In this document: one piece after another, positions 52,675 through 62,700 of the stretch
How the letters are laid out: each line of letters begins with the position of its first letter
Numbering within the stretch: the stretch's first letter is position 1
Source: Paramoeba atlantica
Lineage: Eukaryota > Protista > Discosea
Direction: 5' to 3'
Length of the DNA stretch: 64,000 nt
Assembly: GCA_977017575.1 (NCBI GenBank)
Contig: CDRNVI010000044.1
Span: 558,001-622,000 of the forward strand
Program-made: the position numbers and the translations under genes
Notes under the pieces: model-generated
The model's input: the letters and a program-made list of their open reading frames with translations, nothing else
Databases searched by the model: none
What the model was told of the DNA's origin: nothing

Positions 52675-55600
52675 CTACGGATCCAGAAATCCAAAGGCGC
52701 CGGGGAAATCATATTTAAACGGTGTGCGAGAGGGGGGGCTTTTTGGCTCGCTCGGGGGTAGTGGCTTCATCGGGCCAGGTGTGGGCTGATAGGGGGAGCA
52801 AGCTGCACCTGCGTAAGGGGTGAGTTCTGAGGGTGGCTTGTCCCCGGTCCCATAATGCGTTTTCAGACTTCCCATCCCTCCCTTAGACGGGGGAGAGGCG
52901 GTGGCGAAGAGGTCGAAGGGATCCGACGGATTCATGTTTCCACGAAATTCTAAGTCGGTAAGCATGGAGGAGAAGTCACGAGGGGGCTGGGAGACGGGTT
53001 CCAATGTCGCTGTTATGGGAGTGTCTTTGAAGTGAAATTTTTCGGTAGACTCGGAGGGGTTAAGGTTACGACTTCCGGAGCGTCTCATTTTTCTTCCCAT
53101 GTGGGGCTCCTGAGGTTTGTGTGTGAAGTTATCTCTGGATAACGCAAGGGAGAGTTGCGCTTTTGAATTCCGTCGAGGCAACCTGTTGGGCAAATAAGGA
53201 GCCGAGGTTTCGCGTTCCGAGATGCAAGGACTTTGCAGAGAGTCGGAGTGATCAACTGCTTGGTCTGGGTTTGATTTGTCTTCCTGCATTGCACGTGTTT
53301 CCTTGCCTACCGCACTGGTTGCTGTGTCGGAAAGCTCCGAAAACGATTGCATTGATTCAGGAAACGATTCGAATCGCTTCTTTGTCAGCTCTCTCTTATG
53401 TCCTCTGAGGACTTCCTTGCTTGAAATCTCCTCCGCGTAGATTTCATATCTTGCCTGTGATTCTTCGATGCAAATATCAATGGTGCCTTTAAGTTTTCCG
53501 TTAGGAAGTATCGGCGTCGTGGCATGATTCTTGGAAGGATTGATCTTTGATGGCCCATTCGAGATCACGAGTGGACTTACATGTGTGGAGTACCTGCGAA
53601 AGGCAAGTGGGCTATGCGCTTTACTTCTTGAGAAATCTCGATTGAGCTCGAGACCGCGCGTAGGAAGGTGTTCTTTGTCATGGCCACTTGTCGTTTTTAA
53701 CAACTTATCTTCATCATCATGCAGATCATCTGTATCAATTTTTGAAGAGCTTCTTCGCTTCACGTGAGAGATGACTTTTTTTAGGAATCGGCGGAATATA
53801 AAGGAAACAGTTTCGATTAAAGAGATAATTTGGGACCAACATACATGTATCACCCGAATATCTGAAATAGGGGTTGTGAAGATGGGCGTTGTAACGACAG
53901 CTTTAGAAAATGACGGTGGACTCATCCATTGCGAGGAAAGAAGGAAGCTCAAAGAACACCAAAGAAGGCCTCCACATAGTGTGTTAACGCAAAATCTGCT
54001 CCAATCAAAATGTGAATCTGCACAAACTTCAAATTGAGCCTTAAATCGAATAGGATATTCTGCTACTTCTTCATCTGAGAAGACATACAATGTGCAATTC
54101 TGATTACAGGCCCTCCTTACGAAAATACGGAAGTGAAACGACTGACCCACGTCCAATAGAGCAGCTGTATCGTTGTACACTCTTTGAATATTTGATGTGC
54201 TTTGAAAATCTATCGGGGCATAATGGATTTCCCCCTTTCTAATGGCTGGAAGGACTTCAAAATTGTCCAAGGCGAGGCATTCTTCATCGAACTCCAGTCG
54301 CCAGATTCGCATGGGGTATTGTCCCGTGTTTCGGAGCTCCAGGGGAAGGACGCCCGATACTACCGACCATGAAAATCCCATGTTAGAGGACACTGGAAGG
54401 AGAGTAGATTGGCAGGGATAAGGAGGCGCAACCGTCGATCCTACAGAAAAACGCACAGGTAACTCTGTATGATAGTTTGTTCCGTTGATGGATTGTTCTA
54501 TTGTGGGGAAAGTAGTCTTACAGCATTGTACATTCAGTGTGATTGGGTTTTCAGGCATCCAAGATTTCTCCTCCTGAATCAAAGAGATCTTCCCTCGGCC
54601 GCCAGTTCCTTGCACGGAAATGATATCTATTTCTGTCACGTTGTTTCGGAGTAGGAAAACAGAGCTGTAATTTCGATCGTTGCTGGGATCAAACGAAATG
54701 GGACCTAGACGACCAGTTTGATGGGGTAGAATAACACGAGGGAGCTGTGTTTTTGGGCTACACCGAAACACGGAAGATTCTTCGGAGACTTCAAGCTTCC
54801 TTGGAGATTCTTGCCCTCTTAAAAAGCTATGCGAGAGATTTTCATGACAATTCATATTCTGGAGCATTCCTTGCATTTTCTCCACGCTAAATCCAGAGTT
54901 ACCGAGCAAGGAACTAAGGGGTAGTAGCTGAACTTGTATAGGATCATCTCGTGGATTTCTCACCGTGAAATAACGCTCTGTGGTTGCTCGGATCGAGCAA
55001 GAGCGGAAATCGATACTATGTTGTGGAAATACGCCGTACGGCGGGCTAATTTTGATTTCATAAGAGTGACGAAGACTGTAATTGCTCCTGTCATGCAACT
55101 GGCAAGAGAAATCAACATTTATCCGTCGATAGTGATTTCTCTGTTTTACAAGATGGAGGTAAGCATCTATTCTTCGCTGCATGGATGTAATTTCCTCTGA
55201 CCTGATGTGGTCATCATATCGGGAAACAGCGCAACGTGCACGTAAAGAGTTCAGAATTGAATCCCAAATGTGACACTCAATAAATCCTAAATTCGTCTGA
55301 GCGTTCGGTAACAAGTGTTCTGTATTGAAATGAATTTCAGAGTCGGGGTCGCTTACCGTAACGTTTAGTACGGAAACAGCGTGATCTAACCTAGAACATA
55401 ATTCCAAGGGAAGCAAAACCCTTTCTTTATCCCACAGGCTAATCTCAACATCAGATGGAGATATCACTACGATTGAAGTAGCATTAATGGGCGGTGTACC
55501 CCTGTCTGCTACCAAGTCACTAACGTTTGATGAGCTATGAGACAAATCCAGAGGCTTTGTGGACCTACTATAGGTTCCACGTACTTCGTCTGTTGTGTCA

Positions 55601-55908
55601 ATTCCGTAGATAATATTCAGGCTTGTTTTTGTGTATTGAAACCACCAATGCGAAGGTTCGTAAAACAGAAAGTGACTTGCGGAAGGAAGTTCAAATCCGT
55701 GTAGTACACGATTTGTAGCTGTTAATTCACCGACGAATATGGTGTTAGAAAGATCTGCAGGGTCATTAAGTGGTTCAAATGTGTCTTCTGTGATGCTATG
55801 CTTTACCTTAGTGCAACTCTCCGGAATATTATTGCGAGGAAGAAGCGGCTGGTACTGGAGCAACCAGCTACAAACCATGACAAGACTAGCTACTAGAAAC
55901 CGAGACAT
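52675..55908 (-). CDS. TMEM131-like Ig/ASH-domain membrane protein
   Basis: Signal-like N-terminus, FTVRNP..PIQVQL, GPISFDP, LLRNNVT...+QG.GG.G, TM near LCGGLLWCSLSFLL, disordered tail. Confidence 0.7.
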   Translation of the reverse strand: MSRFLVASLVMVCSWLLQYQPLLPRNNIPESCTKVKHSITEDTFEPLNDPADLSNTIFVGELTATNRVLHGFELPSASHFLFYEPSHWWFQYTKTSLNIIYGIDTTDEVRGTYSRSTKPLDLSHSSSNVSDLVADRGTPPINATSIVVISPSDVEISLWDKERVLLPLELCSRLDHAVSVLNVTVSDPDSEIHFNTEHLLPNAQTNLGFIECHIWDSILNSLRARCAVSRYDDHIRSEEITSMQRRIDAYLHLVKQRNHYRRINVDFSCQLHDRSNYSLRHSYEIKISPPYGVFPQHSIDFRSCSIRATTERYFTVRNPRDDPIQVQLLPLSSLLGNSGFSVEKMQGMLQNMNCHENLSHSFLRGQESPRKLEVSEESSVFRCSPKTQLPRVILPHQTGRLGPISFDPSNDRNYSSVFLLRNNVTEIDIISVQGTGGRGKISLIQEEKSWMPENPITLNVQCCKTTFPTIEQSINGTNYHTELPVRFSVGSTVAPPYPCQSTLLPVSSNMGFSWSVVSGVLPLELRNTGQYPMRIWRLEFDEECLALDNFEVLPAIRKGEIHYAPIDFQSTSNIQRVYNDTAALLDVGQSFHFRIFVRRACNQNCTLYVFSDEEVAEYPIRFKAQFEVCADSHFDWSRFCVNTLCGGLLWCSLSFLLSSQWMSPPSFSKAVVTTPIFTTPISDIRVIHVCWSQIISLIETVSFIFRRFLKKVISHVKRRSSSKIDTDDLHDDEDKLLKTTSGHDKEHLPTRGLELNRDFSRSKAHSPLAFRRYSTHVSPLVISNGPSKINPSKNHATTPILPNGKLKGTIDICIEESQARYEIYAEEISSKEVLRGHKRELTKKRFESFPESMQSFSELSDTATSAVGKETRAMQEDKSNPDQAVDHSDSLQSPCISERETSAPYLPNRLPRRNSKAQLSLALSRDNFTHKPQEPHMGRKMRRSGSRNLNPSESTEKFHFKDTPITATLEPVSQPPRDFSSMLTDLEFRGNMNPSDPFDLFATASPPSKGGMGSLKTHYGTGDKPPSELTPYAGAACSPYQPTPGPMKPLPPSEPKSPPSRTPFKYDFPGAFGFLDP

Positions 55909-56381
55909 AGGAATTCCAGACACAAAATCATAGTAAGGTGTAAAGGATGCTAAAATACGCCTAATTAGTCACTTCTACTAAATAATAGTCTCACGCAAGG
56001 GTACATGTTCTGCATTGTGAAATAACGTTTCCGATCCTTAAGACAGTAAAATCAGTAAGATCCTAGACAACGTGCACTCTATTTATAGACTCGATTATTT
56101 TGTGTGTTTTCTCATTTCAGCTCAAAATATACGTTGTCCGTACAAGGTACGTTCATTCTACAACTTTGCACGACTTTGCTATTCAGAATCAATAAAAATG
56201 CATCGATATGATGGATAAATATGCATCGATACGATTGATTGCTTTTTTCAAACATTGCTCATAAAATATTTTGTGAACCAATGTACACCGTGAGTACTCT
56301 CGAGTTCTTCCCTCACGTCCTTTTCTCATATTGCCAGTGCTTTTAATCCCATCACAGTAGACACATCTACTATCTGCCGTC

Positions 56382-57407
56382 CTACTTTGTCAAATACCGC
56401 AACGTCTGCGGGTAAAACAACGCCAGCAGGTAAACCACAAACGGCACCAACAGAGCCACCCCGGTCAACAACGACCACAACACCGACCCCCCATCCGAAC
56501 CCCCCTCCCCCTCCCCCCTCTCCCCTCCATCCCCCCCACCTCCTCCCCGCATCTCCCTCTCCAACGCCACCACCTTCTCCCGTAACACCTCCGCGGTGTG
56601 CTGTACCCGTTCTAACCTCCCCTCCCACTCTCCCTTACCCTCCCCCCCTCCCCCCTCCCCTCCTCTCTCCCCTCCCCTCCCTCCCCCACGCCGTAACAAC
56701 ACCGCACACTGCATCTCCACCTCCCGTGCCTTGGGTTTGCTCCCCCAATGCGTCGCAATACTACTGTCCACCTCAGCCTGTAGACTCGGCACAGGCGACA
56801 CCCCGGTCCCCCTCCCCCCCTCCGGACCCTCCCCGAGTGCTCCGACACGAGTGCCACTACCCCCACTCCGTGTGGTCACCGGCGTACCACTACTCGTAGG
56901 TCCACTACTCCCGCCCCCACCACTCGTGTGGCTCCGGTGGGCCGCTGTGGTGGAGAACAACGGGGCCGGGCACTCCACCGGGAGAAACACTGCCTCGACT
57001 TTGAACCGGTCGCGCAGCACCGCGAGACCACCCGCCGGGGAGAGGGGGGAACTCGTGGAGGGAACCGCAGCGGTAGCGGCAGCCGTAGCCGTAGCGGCAG
57101 CCGTAGCGGCAGCATTTAGATTTGTAGGGGTGAGATGGAGATTGGAGGCTTGTGGGTTTAGATGGAGATGGGGGGTGGATAGGGCGGGGGGCTCGGCCGC
57201 ACGGTGCTGGATGGTGACATGGATGGTCTCGTTGGAGAGGATGACGCCGATACGGGGCCGGACGACGTAGCGTGTGGGGGTTGTGGTTTTGATTTTGAAG
57301 GTGATGGGGGTGTTTTCGCGGTTGGTGACGGTGATGACGGCCTCCCCGCCGGCGTGGAGACGGAAGGAGGTGGGGGTGCAGGTGAAGGAGGGGAGGGGCG
57401 GGTTCAT
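56382..57407 (-). CDS. VAP-family MSP-domain tail-anchored protein
   Basis: FKIKTTTPTRYVVRPRIG, RDRFKVE, coiled coil, C-terminal TM. Confidence 0.88.
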   Translation of the reverse strand: MNPPLPSFTCTPTSFRLHAGGEAVITVTNRENTPITFKIKTTTPTRYVVRPRIGVILSNETIHVTIQHRAAEPPALSTPHLHLNPQASNLHLTPTNLNAAATAAATATAAATAAVPSTSSPLSPAGGLAVLRDRFKVEAVFLPVECPAPLFSTTAAHRSHTSGGGGSSGPTSSGTPVTTRSGGSGTRVGALGEGPEGGRGTGVSPVPSLQAEVDSSIATHWGSKPKAREVEMQCAVLLRRGGGRGGERGGEGGGGEGKGEWEGRLERVQHTAEVLREKVVALEREMRGGGGGDGGERGEGEGGSDGGSVLWSLLTGVALLVPFVVYLLALFYPQTLRYLTK

Positions 57408-57634
57408 GGGGGGACGGGGGTGGGGTGGGATGTGGGAAATGTGGAAGAAAAGGTAGGGAAAAGAGAAAAAAAAGGGGTAAAGAGAATAGAGGAGGAAAAA
57501 GAAAGAAAAGAGAAAAAATAAGTGTTTGGGTTGAGTGTTGCTCTTTTTTGTTCTAGTTTGTAGAGCTTCGTGATTACTCCTCCGTGGTTATACACGAAAC
57601 ACAGTACAATACACAGCTAACAAAAAATCCTCTT

Positions 57635-58603
57635 TTATCGCAAACTTGTTTGTCCCAGAACGAACTCCCGCACACGACGGTTGGCATCCACAGTATGCGC
57701 ATCTCCGGTCGCTAGCTCGGATGTTTTCTGCACATTGGTACCCAACTGGCTGAGCTGTATCGCCAGCGTGGGGTGGGCGGCGTAACTTATTGGATCACTA
57801 ATATAGTGATCCTGCGCACAGTGGGTGTCCGCAACAAACCCGTTTCCCGCCGTATCACCGGGTGCTACGCTCGTTTTCTCCCCTTTCGGCTCTAAATCCG
57901 GCGTAGTACGGCTACACAAATGGGTATCAATTTGCCAATCTAAACACGCCGTAAGTTCCAGACACCGCGCCGCGCTCCGTGCGTGCACCACATAGGCGGT
58001 CAACTCGCGTTGTCCTTGATACGCCCTTCGCCACCCTTTCGCCACCGCCGGGCGTGGGGGCTTCCCGGAGCACAGCAAATCCACCCCTCCAAGATAGAGC
58101 AGCTCCCAATCTCCCGGAGCGGCTGCGATTCGGGTTTCAATCTCGGTAGCAAACAGCGGGGAGAGCTCCACATCATCTTCCATAATCAACGCGCACCGGT
58201 GTTGTCGTTTTACCACTTTTTCCCACACCGCGCGGTGCGAGAGGGCACACCCGAGGGCGCCCTTCGTAAGGTCCATGCCGAAGAGCTTATCCGCGAGGGG
58301 AATGGAACGGAGCCGGTGGTGGGCGTGAGCGCTGATGGCGCCCTGCCGGGACAGCGCCTCGGGGTCGAGGGCGCTGCCCTCAACCGCGGGGATACGCTCG
58401 AGGAGGGGCACCGAGGAGGCGAAGTGAAACGGGGAAAGCACGTTGTGTTCCATGTGGCGTCGTCGGTCCGGGCGGGTCTCGAGGTTGAGGTAGTAGACGG
58501 CATCGAAGGGGTAGCGTGGGGGTGGTGGGGAGCGGGGAGAGGTGGAGAGGGCGCGGGGGGAGGGGGGGAGGCAGGGGAGAGGGGAGGGGAGGTGTCGCTT
58601 CAT
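57635..58603 (-). CDS. Glycosyltransferase family 25 protein
   Basis: YYLNL..RPDRR, AVEG, GALGCALSH..W, LIMEDD, WELLYLG, AYVV. Confidence 0.88.
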   Translation of the reverse strand: MKRHLPSPLPCLPPSPRALSTSPRSPPPPRYPFDAVYYLNLETRPDRRRHMEHNVLSPFHFASSVPLLERIPAVEGSALDPEALSRQGAISAHAHHRLRSIPLADKLFGMDLTKGALGCALSHRAVWEKVVKRQHRCALIMEDDVELSPLFATEIETRIAAAPGDWELLYLGGVDLLCSGKPPRPAVAKGWRRAYQGQRELTAYVVHARSAARCLELTACLDWQIDTHLCSRTTPDLEPKGEKTSVAPGDTAGNGFVADTHCAQDHYISDPISYAAHPTLAIQLSQLGTNVQKTSELATGDAHTVDANRRVREFVLGQTSLR

Positions 58604-58829
58604 GGAAAAGGTGGCATGGAAAAGAGGGGTGGGGGTAAAAGGGTGGAGGAAAGGTTTCTAGGGAGAAATGAGGCGTTTAGGGTTCCAGAAAATGGGTTTT
58701 AAAGGAGAGGTGAAAGGTGAAGTCACCACTACACAGCACAACGCTTGATTATGATCTACCAAAGTAGGTTAGCGTACTACACAATAAGTTGCATCCTTTT
58801 CCTTGCGAAAAGACGCTGAGACTGATCTC

Positions 58830-61424
58830 TTAGTCGGGTGTGCTCTCCAGTGCTGTGATAGACCCTGTCGAGGGATGCACCACAACAACAGGAAAATATT
58901 GGTATTCCTCAGTCCCGTTGAGTTGTGGATTGAGTCTAAGATGACCCACGACATGGACCCAAAGGCCATCCTTCAGGCTCTTTTGCAATTCCGCTGCTAC
59001 CTTCTCTGCGGTGGACAAAACGGAGGAGGTGTTCTGGACATGTGCGCGTCTCACATCCGTCGCACGACGGCTCAGAAAGGTCATAAAAGTCTTTACACGT
59101 TTGGACGCGTTTGACGCGGGTGGGTTCGCGGGCTCGTCATCCTTCCCTGATGAGATGGGAATCGCAACCACGCCTTCGTTACATAGATAACGCACCGCAA
59201 TTCGCTCTTCTACACAAGTCCCGTTTAGACCCCCTTGCACGTGCAGATTGAACTGCAAGTTTAGCAAACCATTCACACGACCCAGCATAATATCATGTGC
59301 GATTCCGACCAACACAATACGGTTAACCCCCGTCACATGCACGGCGATGTTCGAACTCTCCGCCGGAACATTAGATTCACGAGCCTCTTTACTTCCCGTC
59401 GTATTCCGCTCTGCAGAGCTTTTACCCCGAAACCCGGATCGAATCTCCTCCGTCGAGAGCTCCATCTCAGAAGTCCGCGTCGAATCACCTTCGCAAACCC
59501 CATGCACCCGAACCCCATGCGCTTCCCGTCCCTCCACACTACCAAACATTTTCCCACACTGAGTACACAGAAACCGTTCCGGCGACGTTGTGGGGTTTCT
59601 TTTCTCCTGTATCTTCCCGGATGAATCTTCTTCCTCCCTATCTTTCCCTTCCTCCCCCTTCCCTCTCCCTTCCCCCTCCTCCTTTCCACGCTCCCCTGGC
59701 CCGATCGAGGGGACGATCACGGTTACCCTCCCCACCGGGGTCTCGGGGGCATAGGGGGAGCGCGGGGGCTCGAGCTGGGTGTGCATACTGTGCTGGAAGG
59801 GGCTCTTGGAGCGTAGCCCACTGGGGGAGCCATGAAGAGAATTCATATGAAGACTACCACTACTGCTACTACTACTACCACTACTACTACTTCCCTGTAT
59901 TCTCCCTGTTGTGGTGCTAACCCCATTGGGGTCAACACTTTGATGATTCAGAGAGAAGAGAGAAGAGGAAGTAGGAGTAGGAGTAGTAGGAGTAGTGGTA
60001 GAAGAAAAAGAATTGGATGGAGCCTTGGTGATAGAGCAGGAACCTGAGATAGGAGACAGCGGTACGGTAACCACAGCGGGGCTTGCGCTCTCCGGGGAGG
60101 GGACCAACGGGAAGGCTCCTTTAGAGGCAAAAGGGGTGAAGGGAGTACCGGGGGTGGACGCGGCAGAGGAGGTGCCGGGGGTGCCCTGGACCGCGTTCAG
60201 TAGCTTTTTATTGAGCTCGGAGGCGTAGGGGTTGAGGGCGCCGGCCCGGGAGCGCTGTGGGGCAAACGGGTTGGTGACCCCGAGAAAGAGGGTGGGCTCA
60301 AAAGGGTTGGTGAGGGTTTGGGCCCCGATGGTGTGAGAACGGGGAGGGGGGAGCTCGAGGGGTTCGGGTGGACTCTCGGGGGAGGAGAGGGAAGTGTCGA
60401 GTTCGGTGTCATCCTGCTCAGGGGTTCCTGGAGGGGGTATCGTGGTTTCGTTCGTTTTGTCGTCCGGTGTGGTGGGCTGGGCTTGACCTTTCTTCGGATT
60501 GGGCTGGGATACAGGGGGGATAGCCTCCTGGGAAGGAATACCGTGGAAATTCACAGCAGGAGTCGCGAACGGATCTAAAGACTCTACTTGGTCGGCGTTG
60601 GGAAACATGTCCATTTGGGGACCCGAATCCTTTTTTCGCTGTTGTTTTTCGCTTGTTGTTTTTTCGCTGTTGTCAAGGATTGGATCTGGGACCGTTTCGG
60701 GAGATTGAGATGGTTCACTGGCCACGGGAGTTGATGCACCTTGAGTGCGGTCTTCTTTTCCCTGCGGTGTCCCCGGCTTCTGTGTAAAGCTCTGTCCTGG
60801 CTTTGGTGGGGAAATAAGCTTCGGTACATGTCCCTCTTCGAACGGGTTAAAAAACTCCAGCGCAAGCGAGGGCGCGGGGGAGGACTTCTCCACTCTTCTC
60901 TCCTGGCTCTGTTGCGATTGTGTACTTTCCGACCGTCGAGGCTTGTTCACCCAAGGTTGAAAGGGAACCATGTCCTCCGCCGTGGGGACGCTAATCGTTT
61001 CAAACTGCGTGAACTTTAATCCAAAGATAGGAGGCTCACCCTCTCGTGGAGCCGGCTTGGAGGCTTCTTCCCCATATCGGGCACGATGAACCTGGTGGTG
61101 TCGTGTTCTCTCATCCGCCCCAGTGTGCGCAGTCGCCATGTGATGATCCAACGCAGCCTGGAGTCGGAACTGTTTAGAGCACTGAGGGCAGCTCAGTTTG
61201 CTGCCTAGCTTTCGTGCAGTGCCCTCTGTGGGGGTCTCCTGGGAGGCCTCACACAGCAGAGGGGTGGGGACGAGAGCTGTGGCGTAGCCCCGATGCGTGA
61301 AGGGGTACCACTCGTTTGTAAGAGATGAGAAACTCTGTCGTGTGGATATGCTACGAAGCCGAATGAGGTAGGAAAACCGCCGCGTGGGGACAAAAATTGT
61401 GGTTGGTGTTGCTATAGGTCGCAT
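58830..61424 (-). CDS. Editosome KREPA-family protein (two C2H2 fingers plus C-terminal OB fold), KREPA1-like
   Basis: CPQCSKQFRLQAALDHHMATAH, CTQCGKMF..H...H, H...VNRIVLVG..LQF..EE.I.VR..VVGHLRLNPQ..FPVV.V..G. Presequence-like N-terminus. Confidence 0.8.
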   Translation of the reverse strand: MRPIATPTTIFVPTRRFSYLIRLRSISTRQSFSSLTNEWYPFTHRGYATALVPTPLLCEASQETPTEGTARKLGSKLSCPQCSKQFRLQAALDHHMATAHTGADERTRHHQVHRARYGEEASKPAPREGEPPIFGLKFTQFETISVPTAEDMVPFQPWVNKPRRSESTQSQQSQERRVEKSSPAPSLALEFFNPFEEGHVPKLISPPKPGQSFTQKPGTPQGKEDRTQGASTPVASEPSQSPETVPDPILDNSEKTTSEKQQRKKDSGPQMDMFPNADQVESLDPFATPAVNFHGIPSQEAIPPVSQPNPKKGQAQPTTPDDKTNETTIPPPGTPEQDDTELDTSLSSPESPPEPLELPPPRSHTIGAQTLTNPFEPTLFLGVTNPFAPQRSRAGALNPYASELNKKLLNAVQGTPGTSSAASTPGTPFTPFASKGAFPLVPSPESASPAVVTVPLSPISGSCSITKAPSNSFSSTTTPTTPTPTSSSLFSLNHQSVDPNGVSTTTGRIQGSSSSGSSSSSSGSLHMNSLHGSPSGLRSKSPFQHSMHTQLEPPRSPYAPETPVGRVTVIVPSIGPGERGKEEGEGRGKGEEGKDREEEDSSGKIQEKRNPTTSPERFLCTQCGKMFGSVEGREAHGVRVHGVCEGDSTRTSEMELSTEEIRSGFRGKSSAERNTTGSKEARESNVPAESSNIAVHVTGVNRIVLVGIAHDIMLGRVNGLLNLQFNLHVQGGLNGTCVEERIAVRYLCNEGVVAIPISSGKDDEPANPPASNASKRVKTFMTFLSRRATDVRRAHVQNTSSVLSTAEKVAAELQKSLKDGLWVHVVGHLRLNPQLNGTEEYQYFPVVVVHPSTGSITALESTPD

Positions 61425-61917
61425 TGTAGGGCTCTACGGAGATGTGGGATTAATGGAATGGATTACCCGGAAGATATTCAGCTTCAGAATGTCGTAATGG
61501 ATACAAATCGCCGCGATTGCACGTGTTTAAAACCTCGCATATCCCGAGAAAAGTGGTAAAAAGAACCATAAGGTTGTAATCTTTCCAAAGAGAACTGAGA
61601 TTCAATTACTGTACAGTAGCATTACACAGACTTTGTAACACTCCTGTTGCATGAATCTTACTGGGTTATAACATGTAAGAAATGTTTGTAACTTACGCAG
61701 CATAACCCCCGCATTGTAACTGCATGAAAACAATGTTAACTACAGTGTACACTACAGACTGTAAGGTAGACTGTAACAGTGTATGTTCACGTACGTTCTG
61801 CTCGTAGCGAACAGGAAACATGACTACGCCCACAATGAACTCCCTGACCAAGCTTACACAGGTCAAAAAATATGAAATCGAGGTAAAGAATCACCCCGTG
61901 GGAAAACGAATGATAAT

Positions 61918-62430
61918 TCAAATAATCATATTCGAACTCCATAAATATAGACAAAACATCCATAGCCAAAAGAAAATATTTGGAGTTGTGCTCACTGCGA
62001 AGGTCAGTATGATACAGAGCAACATACAAAGAAACCAAACTACTACAATAGTGTGCTGAAAATAGCCTAGACATTGATACCAACTCTCCAGAGAGACCTC
62101 AATAGGTGCAAAGAGAGCCGCGCGACCCCAGCGGAGGAGAAGACTAAGTGCGGGCTCATCTTCTGGATCCACCGCACAGATAGTCATAAATTTCATTCCT
62201 AAGTTAAAATTTGACCGAAATGCAATTTTCCCTAACTCAGAGTGATATGAACGCGAATTCGCATTGGTCTTGTGTGTAATATTTCCGGAATCTCCTGCAC
62301 GCAAGCACTTTCCTGCGGCCCCAAAAGATTTCTCATTGAAGCAGGGCGTTTGCGGATAGAGAAAGAAAACAACAAGCGAGCATAATAACATAGTATTAAT
62401 AGCCTGCGTCACTTTCATTCTAGCGAACAT
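61918..62430 (-). CDS. Hypothetical membrane protein
   Basis: N-terminal hydrophobic segment and two C-terminal TM-like helices. Confidence 0.5.
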   Translation of the reverse strand: MFARMKVTQAINTMLLCSLVVFFLYPQTPCFNEKSFGAAGKCLRAGDSGNITHKTNANSRSYHSELGKIAFRSNFNLGMKFMTICAVDPEDEPALSLLLRWGRAALFAPIEVSLESWYQCLGYFQHTIVVVWFLCMLLCIILTFAVSTTPNIFFWLWMFCLYLWSSNMII

Positions 62431-62700
62431 AATGTACTCTGATTTATCACTCCAATATTCGCTCAAAAGGCTGGGGAGAACGTCACAAGTGGTGTTACAA
62501 GTCCATACGAATAAGCATTTTGATAAAGAATAACAAGTCAACGTACAATAAGCAAGATATTTCTCTTAAATGTTTACATCATCTGTATTGCAAAATCCTT
62601 TTATCTCGAATATTCTCAAAAATCATACCAAAAACAGCCATTTTTCAACCCATATCTAACTCTCAAATGATGCGAAAAAAAGAGCTGCACAACCTCTCCT

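Noticed and set aside
52675-58603. TMEM131-like and GT25 as a collagen-secretion pair
   Set aside because: No collagen evidence; polycistronic neighbours are usually unrelated.
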